This document shows positions 27,001 through 33,105 of a stretch of DNA of 33,105 bases, one piece after another. The position numbers were made by a program, and so were the translations under genes. The DNA comes from Deltaproteobacteria bacterium. Its GTDB lineage: Bacteria; Myxococcota_A; UBA9160; SMWR01. The stretch lies in assembly GCA_032128375.1 (NCBI GenBank), contig JAQBGU010000071.1, positions 1-33,105 on the forward strand, in the 5' to 3' direction. Within the stretch, counting starts at the first letter, position 1, and each line of letters opens with the position of its first letter. The notes beneath the pieces were generated by a model. The model was not told the origin of the DNA and made no database searches. It saw only the letters and a list, made by a program, of their open reading frames with translations.

Positions 27001-27198
27001 GCGCCGACTGGACGGTAAGGTGGCGCTCATCAGCGGCGCTGCGCGCGGGTTGGGGCACCACTGGCCGAGTTGCCGCTCGATAGCTACCGGCGCGTCATCG
27101 ATGTCAATCAGGCCGGCGTGTTCCTCGGAATGCGCGCGGTCAAAGCCCCCAGGACAGAAGCCGGCGGCGATTCGATCCTGAGCATCTCCCCGATCGAA
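27001..27198 (+). pseudogene. SDR (3-alpha/20-beta hydroxysteroid dehydrogenase-like) remnant with internal deletion
   Basis: RLDGKVALISGAARGLG joined out of frame to LAELPLDSYRRVIDVNQAGVFLGMRAV...AGGDSILSISPIE. The start codon is lost. Confidence 0.8.
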
Positions 27199-27340
27199 CG
27201 GCCGGTATCTCTCGGCTGGAACGTTGTCGAACGCCTACCCGCAGAGTTCCTTTCGTCGCACCGCACCTGCCGGCGAATTCGTCCGATTGCTCTGGCCCGC
27301 GAATCGGACGAAAACGGAGCGCTCCGATTCGCTCGAGCTG

Positions 27341-27370
27341 GACGTCATCGGACGTCATCGGACGCCACCG
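27341..27370. repeat. 10-bp tandem repeat x3
   Basis: gacgtcatcg gacgtcatcg gacgccaccg. Confidence 0.75.
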
Positions 27371-27491
27371 TACGCAGAAATATGTTGATAGTGAAGTCCG
27401 CTGGGTGCATAAAGGAATGGGAACTGTACGGAGAACGAGCTGACTAACGCGTTATTGGTGGCCCCTCGGGAGCAGCCAGGTCGATCAAGAA

Positions 27492-29900
27492 TTGGAACGC
27501 ATCACTCGAATCAGCCTGGATTACCCGAAGACGACACTGGCCATCCTCTCTGCGGTAACCCTGATGCTGGCCGCGGGTCTTCCCCGAGTCCGCTCGGAAT
27601 TCGGGTACCGCGTCTTGATTGGTGACGACCATCCCGCAGTTCAGAGGCTCGATCGATTCATCGAGAAATTCGGCGGCGGTTTTCCCATCCAGATTGCCTG
27701 GGAATGTGGGCCAGGGTTCGCATGCGGAAATGCCTTCGACGCGGAATCGATGAAGATCAGCAGTGAGATTTCCGACAAATTGCTTTCCATGCCTGGCGTA
27801 CAAAGTGTTACGGCGCCATCGAATGCCCCGCTGCTCGTAGCCCACGAGAACGGTTTCGTCGTTCGTCGATTCGTCGAGAAGGGTCGGCGCCCATCGGACA
27901 CGGCCAAACTGGCTGCGCTTGCAGTCTCTGATCCGCTCTGGAGTGGGACAATCGTATCGACGGATGGAATGGTGGCGGCGATCAGCGTCCAGCCCGTTGA
28001 CAGTCGCGACGAAACGAGTGCCGCTGTGAGCCTGGCAGTGCTCGAGGTGATAGGTCCCTACGAGGAGCGAGGACTCAGCTTCTACCTCGTTGGGGATCCG
28101 ATCGCGAATTTGATCGTTGGCCGAGACCTCGCCGAGAGCACGGCTCGGTTGATTCCATTCACCGTGCTCGTGATCGGCGCAATTCTTCTGCTGTTCTGTC
28201 GATCGCTGAGCTTTGCCGCTGTGGCTCTGGTGACGATGGGGGTCGCACTCGCTTGGACGTTCGGAATGCTCGGGTGGCTTGGCTGGCCGCAGGATGGGAT
28301 TCTGGAAGTTCTCGCACCGCTGATTCTCGTTGTTGGAGTCTGCGACTCCGTCCATCTGCTCGCGCGCTTCTCTTCGAGCGGTCGCGATGCGAGCGAGAGA
28401 ACAAGGAGTGAGCGCCTGGCAGCGGCGGCCCGGAGCGTCGGACCGCCAGCGCTCGTCACGAGCCTGACGACGGCTGCCGCCTTCGTTTCGTTTGTCGCGA
28501 GCGACCTCGCGACGTTCGTGCGGTTCGGATCAATCGCTTCGTTCGGGGTGCTCTGCTGTTTGATCTTGACTTTCGCACTGTTGCCAATCCTCGTCACGTT
28601 AGTCCCCGCGAACGCGGCTAGACAGGACAGCGTCCTTGCGAGCTGGCAGATCATCCTGGAAGGGCTGCTAGGTGTCAGCGAGCGCCGCGATGCACTGCTG
28701 CTCGCGACGGCAGCGCTTGGACTCGCCGTCTGCCTGATCGGAGTCAAGTACCTGCGAGTCGATCAGGACTGGACCGAGTCACTGGGTGAGTCGAGTAGCG
28801 TCGTTCGCTCTCGGCGCTTCGTCGACGAGCGGCTGGGGCAGTCGAACACGCTCGAGCTCGAGCTTCGCATTCCATCAGGGTTCGAACTCGAAGATCCTGC
28901 GACGCTCAGCCGACTCGACGACTTCCAATTGTTTCTGGAGACCGTGGATGGGTTGGGAGAGGCGACGAGCATCCTGGACATCATCGGGCGCGTGAACCGC
29001 TTGCTGAATGATGATCGGCCTGAGTTTGACCGGGCCAGCGACACACACATCGGCAATGCGGAGATCCTGGAACTGATCGGATTCGACGATCCTGGCCTGC
29101 TTAACGCCTGGGTCAGCTTCGATCGATCGGTGGTTCGAGTCTCGGTGGGTGCCCTCGAGCTAACCACTTCGGCACAGCGAATCATCTTGGACGATGTGGA
29201 GCGGTACACGACAGCGAAGCTACCGCCGAACTGGGAGGTCGTTGCAACGGGACGGCTCGCGATGCAGTTCGCATGGGTTCGTGACGTTCAGTCCACGCAG
29301 ATGCGCAGCTTTCCGATCGCTCTCGTTCTTGTCTTCGGGATGGTAGCCATCTTTTTCAAGTCCATCCGGCTCGCGGCGCTCGCGATGGTCCCGACGCTGA
29401 TGCCGATCGTGGTGACGCTCGGAGCCATGGGCTGGGCTGGACTGACGCTCGACGTCGGGCGGTCGATGATCGCGGTAATCTTGCTCGGTATTGGCGTCGA
29501 CGACAGCGTTCACCTCCTCGATCACTACAAGCGGCAATGTCGGGCCGGCGCTGACCCAGCCAACGCGATACGCGCTTCAATCCGCCAGACGGGGCGCGCA
29601 GTCATCACGACGTCCTTCGCGCTGGCATTGGGATTCTTGACGTTGATGGCATCGGCTTGGCAGTCGATCTCAAGCTTCGGAATCTTCATCGCGATCGCGA
29701 TTCTGGGAGCGTTGCTGGCATCGGTTCTGGTCTTGCCGGCGCTGATATTCGCGCTGGCGCGCTGGCGGTCGCGACAGATCACGGGAAATGGGAGATCTGG
29801 ACGCAAGCCCAAAAAGTTCTCGCGAGTCGTCGAGCGGCGCCGCGTGAATTCTCCCGAACCGGACGACAGCGGACACTTTGTGACACAGTTGGACGGATAA
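27492..29900 (+). CDS. MMPL/RND superfamily transporter, paralogue 1
   Basis: TTG start, two-fold repeat of 1 TM + periplasmic loop + 5 TM, motifs GVCDSVH and GIGVDDSVH, TSLTTAAAF and TGRAVITTS. Confidence 0.92.
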   Translation: MERITRISLDYPKTTLAILSAVTLMLAAGLPRVRSEFGYRVLIGDDHPAVQRLDRFIEKFGGGFPIQIAWECGPGFACGNAFDAESMKISSEISDKLLSMPGVQSVTAPSNAPLLVAHENGFVVRRFVEKGRRPSDTAKLAALAVSDPLWSGTIVSTDGMVAAISVQPVDSRDETSAAVSLAVLEVIGPYEERGLSFYLVGDPIANLIVGRDLAESTARLIPFTVLVIGAILLLFCRSLSFAAVALVTMGVALAWTFGMLGWLGWPQDGILEVLAPLILVVGVCDSVHLLARFSSSGRDASERTRSERLAAAARSVGPPALVTSLTTAAAFVSFVASDLATFVRFGSIASFGVLCCLILTFALLPILVTLVPANAARQDSVLASWQIILEGLLGVSERRDALLLATAALGLAVCLIGVKYLRVDQDWTESLGESSSVVRSRRFVDERLGQSNTLELELRIPSGFELEDPATLSRLDDFQLFLETVDGLGEATSILDIIGRVNRLLNDDRPEFDRASDTHIGNAEILELIGFDDPGLLNAWVSFDRSVVRVSVGALELTTSAQRIILDDVERYTTAKLPPNWEVVATGRLAMQFAWVRDVQSTQMRSFPIALVLVFGMVAIFFKSIRLAALAMVPTLMPIVVTLGAMGWAGLTLDVGRSMIAVILLGIGVDDSVHLLDHYKRQCRAGADPANAIRASIRQTGRAVITTSFALALGFLTLMASAWQSISSFGIFIAIAILGALLASVLVLPALIFALARWRSRQITGNGRSGRKPKKFSRVVERRRVNSPEPDDSGHFVTQLDG

Positions 29901-29902
29901 AT

Positions 29903-29920
29903 CTGTTGAATATTCAACAG
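29903..29920. promoter_or_regulatory. Perfect 18-bp palindrome CTGTTGAATATTCAACAG (TGT-N10-ACA form), candidate operator
   Basis: Self-complementary, AT-rich, 40 bp upstream of the regulator ATG. The function is inferred. Confidence 0.55.
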
Positions 29921-29960
29921 GATAGGTTCATAAGGAGCATGGGATCGCAGGGAGAACGGC

Positions 29961-31199
29961 ATGACCACCGTGCTCGTGGTTGACGATCAAAAGCGCGCTC
30001 GCGAGCTGCTCAGTGCGGAACTGGAAGAGGCTGGCTTTACCGTTGTTGCCGCTGCAGACGGCGAGGCGGGTTGGGAGCGCTTCTGCCAGTCGGAGCCTGG
30101 GGTCGTGGTCACGGATATGTCGATGCCCCGTTGTGATGGGATCGAGCTGCTCCGCCGAATCCGCTCGCGTTCCGACGTTCCCGTAATCGTGTTCAGCGGA
30201 CACGGTTCGGTCGAGAGCGCCGCAGAAGCCTTCAAGGCTGGAGCGGACGATTTCGTCAACTCGTTGGATCTCGAGATTGATGCTCTTGTCGGACTCGTCG
30301 GGGACGCGCTGCACACGAAGCATGCGCCGCCCAGCGGAGCTGAACTCGAAAAACGGCTCGTCGGCGACAGCGAAGCAATCACCAGAGTGCGTTGGCAGCT
30401 GAATGGCCTGGCACCTCTTTCGACTTCGGTTCTCGTTTCAGGCGAGCCAGGGACGGGTCGTTCGACAGCGATCCGGGCAATGCACGAATTGGGAGCGACG
30501 AGCAGCGGTCACCTCCAACGTGTGAATGCAATTGCGTTCGTCCCGGCCGATTTCCCGAAGAGCGCTTCCATCGGGGGCGTGCACCTGGTGGATGTTGAGC
30601 AGTTGACACCGGAGGCCCAGCGATTCTGGGCTGATCGGCTGGCCCGAAATGAGACATCGGGCCTTGCGAGTCCTACGCGGGTCTTCGCGAGCACGTCGGC
30701 CGAGCTGTCCTCGCTGGTCCGCTCGGGAGCATTCGACCCGCGGCTCGGCCACTCGCTGCTTCGGTTCGAGGTAGCGATGCCGCCTCTTCGTGATCGTACA
30801 AGCGACGTACCGCTAATCTCCAAGGCACTGTTGCAGAAAATCGGAACGGCCGTCGGACGCACGAGGATTCAGCTGTCTCCCGCGGCTCTGAAGCACCTCG
30901 AGACCTGTCGTTTTCCTGAAAATCTCCGGCAGCTCGAACGACTGCTGGAACGCGCGGTCGCGTACTCACACGGAAAAGTGATTCGGCGCCAGACGCTCGA
31001 AGAACTGATGTCCGATCTGGAAAAATCCATCGCGAGCATGCGGGAAGAGCGACAGCTGATCGAGAGGGAGAGACTCCTCCGGGCCCTGCGAGACGCTGGT
31101 GGGAACATCACGCACGCTGCCGAGATCCTGGGTAAGAGTCGCGCCGCGGTCTACCGGCTGATCGAAAAGCACCACATTCCGCTTTCGCGGCGAAACTAG
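29961..31199 (+). CDS. NtrC-like response regulator (REC, degenerate AAA+, Fis HTH) lacking GAFTGA
   Basis: LVVDD, VVTDMSMP, GEPGTGRS, PPLRDR, ENLRQLE, GGNITHAAEILGKSRAAVYRL. GGGAG RBS. Confidence 0.9.
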   Translation: MTTVLVVDDQKRARELLSAELEEAGFTVVAAADGEAGWERFCQSEPGVVVTDMSMPRCDGIELLRRIRSRSDVPVIVFSGHGSVESAAEAFKAGADDFVNSLDLEIDALVGLVGDALHTKHAPPSGAELEKRLVGDSEAITRVRWQLNGLAPLSTSVLVSGEPGTGRSTAIRAMHELGATSSGHLQRVNAIAFVPADFPKSASIGGVHLVDVEQLTPEAQRFWADRLARNETSGLASPTRVFASTSAELSSLVRSGAFDPRLGHSLLRFEVAMPPLRDRTSDVPLISKALLQKIGTAVGRTRIQLSPAALKHLETCRFPENLRQLERLLERAVAYSHGKVIRRQTLEELMSDLEKSIASMREERQLIERERLLRALRDAGGNITHAAEILGKSRAAVYRLIEKHHIPLSRRN

Positions 31200-31209
31200 G
31201 ACGAGCGAA

Positions 31210-33105
31210 TTGGAGCGCCTGACGCGACTCAGTCTGGAGTATCCGAAGACGACGCTGGCCGTCCTCTTGGTCGTAACGGTGATTCTCGCAGCAGGTCTTC
31301 CGCGGGTTCGTCCGGAATATGGGTACCGCGTCTTGATTGGCGATGAGCATCCCGCAGTTCAGCGGCTCGATAACTTCATCGAGAAATTCGGCGGTGGTTT
31401 TCCGATCCAGATCGCCTGGGAGTGCGGGCCCGGGCTCGCATGCGAGAATGTGTTCGACGCTGATTCGATGGATGCCAGCAGCGCAATCCTGGAAGAGCTG
31501 GCTTCGACGCCTGGCGTTGGACGTGTCACGGGTCCATCGAACGCACCATTGCTCGTGGCGCGTGACGACGGATTTCGGATTCGACGATTCGTCGAAAATG
31601 GTCGTCGTACACCCGATGCATCAGAACTCGTCGAGACAGCAGTCTCCGATCGGCTCTGGATGGGGACCGTTGTATCGACGGACGGCTTGGTTGCGGTAAT
31701 TACCGTCCAGCCAGTCGACAGCCGCGACGAAACGAGTACCGCAGTCGCTCATGCGGTATTTGAGGCGATTCGTCCCTACGAAGACAAGGGATTCGTTTTT
31801 CACCTCGTTGGCGATCCGATTGCGACTCTTATCATCGGCCGAGATTTGGCTGAGAGCACGGCGCGACTAATTCCATTCACTGTGCTCGTAATCGGAATCA
31901 TTCTTTTTCTATTCTGCCGATCGCTGAGCTTCACAGCTGTGGCCCTTGCGACGATGGGGGTCGCACTTGCATGGACATTCGGTGCGCTCGGATGGCTCGG
32001 GTGGCCACAGGACGGAATTCTCGAAGTCTTGGCGCCGCTCATTCTCGTTGTCGGCGTTTGCGACTCAGTGCATCTGCTCGCGTTTTTCTCGGCTCGTGGC
32101 GATGGTCACCTGTCGTCGACGAGCGAGCGCCTTGAAGCGGCTGCTCGGGTCGTTGGGCCGCCAGCCCTCATCACAAGCCTCACGACAGCGGCGGCATTTG
32201 TTTCGTTCGTCACGAGTGATCTCGCGACGTTTACGCGTTTCGGTGCAATCGCATCGTTCGGGGTGCTCTCGTGCTTGGCCTTGACGTTCTCACTGCTGCC
32301 AGTTGTCATCACACTGGTTCCTGAAAATGCTGTTAGAGAAGCGAAGGTTTCTAGGATCTGGCATGTCGTCCTCGAAGGGCTGCTCGCCGCCAGCAAACGC
32401 CGTAAGGGTCTGTTGCTCGTCGTGTCAATCGTCGGACTCGCAGTTTGCCTCATCGGTTGGTTCAAGTACCTGCGCGTCGATCAGGACTGGACCGAGTCTC
32501 TTGGTGAATCGAGTCCCGTCGTTCGTTCACAGCGGTTTCTGGAAGAGCGACTCGGGCAGTCGACGACCCTCGAGCTCGAGGTTCGCCTTCCGGCTGGAAC
32601 CGAGCTTGAGGATCCGGAGACACTCAGGCGAATCCGAGATCTTCACTCGTTTCTAGAAGGCAATGGTGAGTTGGGAGCCGCGACGAGCATCCTGGATGTG
32701 ATTGCACGAGTGAACCGCCTGTTGAACGGAAATCGGCCAGAGTTCGACCAGATTAGCGATACTACAATCGGAAATGCTGAAATATTGGAGTTGATAGGAT
32801 TCGATGATCCAGGTCTTCTCGGTACCTGGGTCAGTTTTGATCGATCGGCGGTTCGTATTTCAGCGAACGCCCCGCAACTGGCCACGTCTACTCAAACGCG
32901 CATCCTCAATGAACTGGAGAGGTACGAGAGAATCAATCTTCCTCCTGATTGGGAAATTCTCGCAACTGGCCACGTCGAGATGCAGGTTGCATGGGTTCAA
33001 GACGTCCAATCAACGCAGATGCGAAGCTTTCCGGCCGCTCTCGTTCTGGTCTTCGCCATGGTTGCCTTCTTCCTGAGGTCTGCTCGCCTCGCCGCCGCTG
33101 CGATG
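31210..33105 (+). CDS. MMPL/RND superfamily transporter, paralogue 2 (runs off the window; not in the ORF track)
   Basis: TTG at 31210 gives MERLTRLSLEYPKTTLAV..., colinear with paralogue 1 (FGGGFPIQIAWECGPG, GWPQDGILEVLAPLILVVGVCDSVHLL, LRVDQDWTESLGESS). No stop was noticed before the window end. Confidence 0.92.
   Translation, partial: MERLTRLSLEYPKTTLAVLLVVTVILAAGLPRVRPEYGYRVLIGDEHPAVQRLDNFIEKFGGGFPIQIAWECGPGLACENVFDADSMDASSAILEELASTPGVGRVTGPSNAPLLVARDDGFRIRRFVENGRRTPDASELVETAVSDRLWMGTVVSTDGLVAVITVQPVDSRDETSTAVAHAVFEAIRPYEDKGFVFHLVGDPIATLIIGRDLAESTARLIPFTVLVIGIILFLFCRSLSFTAVALATMGVALAWTFGALGWLGWPQDGILEVLAPLILVVGVCDSVHLLAFFSARGDGHLSSTSERLEAAARVVGPPALITSLTTAAAFVSFVTSDLATFTRFGAIASFGVLSCLALTFSLLPVVITLVPENAVREAKVSRIWHVVLEGLLAASKRRKGLLLVVSIVGLAVCLIGWFKYLRVDQDWTESLGESSPVVRSQRFLEERLGQSTTLELEVRLPAGTELEDPETLRRIRDLHSFLEGNGELGAATSILDVIARVNRLLNGNRPEFDQISDTTIGNAEILELIGFDDPGLLGTWVSFDRSAVRISANAPQLATSTQTRILNELERYERINLPPDWEILATGHVEMQVAWVQDVQSTQMRSFPAALVLVFAMVAFFLRSARLAAAAM

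Noticed and set aside
4415..27370. Short repeat arrays as CRISPR
   Set aside because: Units are 5-24 bp, directly adjacent with no unique spacers, and no cas genes are present.

Overview
High-GC bacterial chromosomal segment. Its gene content suggests a Myxococcota/Deltaproteobacteria-type lipid or sterol-scavenging organism, but that is inference. Left part (1-1.8 kb): mobile-element debris, namely the probable left end of an IS21-type element with an amber-interrupted accessory ORF, and a secreted-protein gene fused to an IS30 transposase fragment. Middle (2-21 kb): catabolic and housekeeping-type genes. These are an amidase, MscS, a small Cys-rich exported protein, SRPBCC, a Baeyer-Villiger monooxygenase, a PhyH-type dioxygenase, GNAT, a nitroreductase-like protein, several SDRs, a Zn-ribbon membrane protein, a serine hydrolase, a sulfotransferase with a DUF1214-type partner, and a divergent Prs. 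They are interleaved with eroded gene remnants and many short tandem repeats at gene boundaries; two 11-bp arrays form chains of stop/start-overlapped micro-ORFs. Right part (21-33 kb) is the most interesting. It holds a large Cys-rich secreted protein whose ~265-bp upstream region is duplicated, with the second copy's gene cut off by IS30 after codon 4. Between the two copies lies a MauG/MbnH-type di-heme lipoprotein with a small exported partner. It ends with twin MMPL/RND paralogues flanking a degenerate NtrC-like regulator (no GAFTGA, degenerate ATPase motifs) that is preceded by a perfect 18-bp palindrome. No rRNA, tRNA or CRISPR array was seen.
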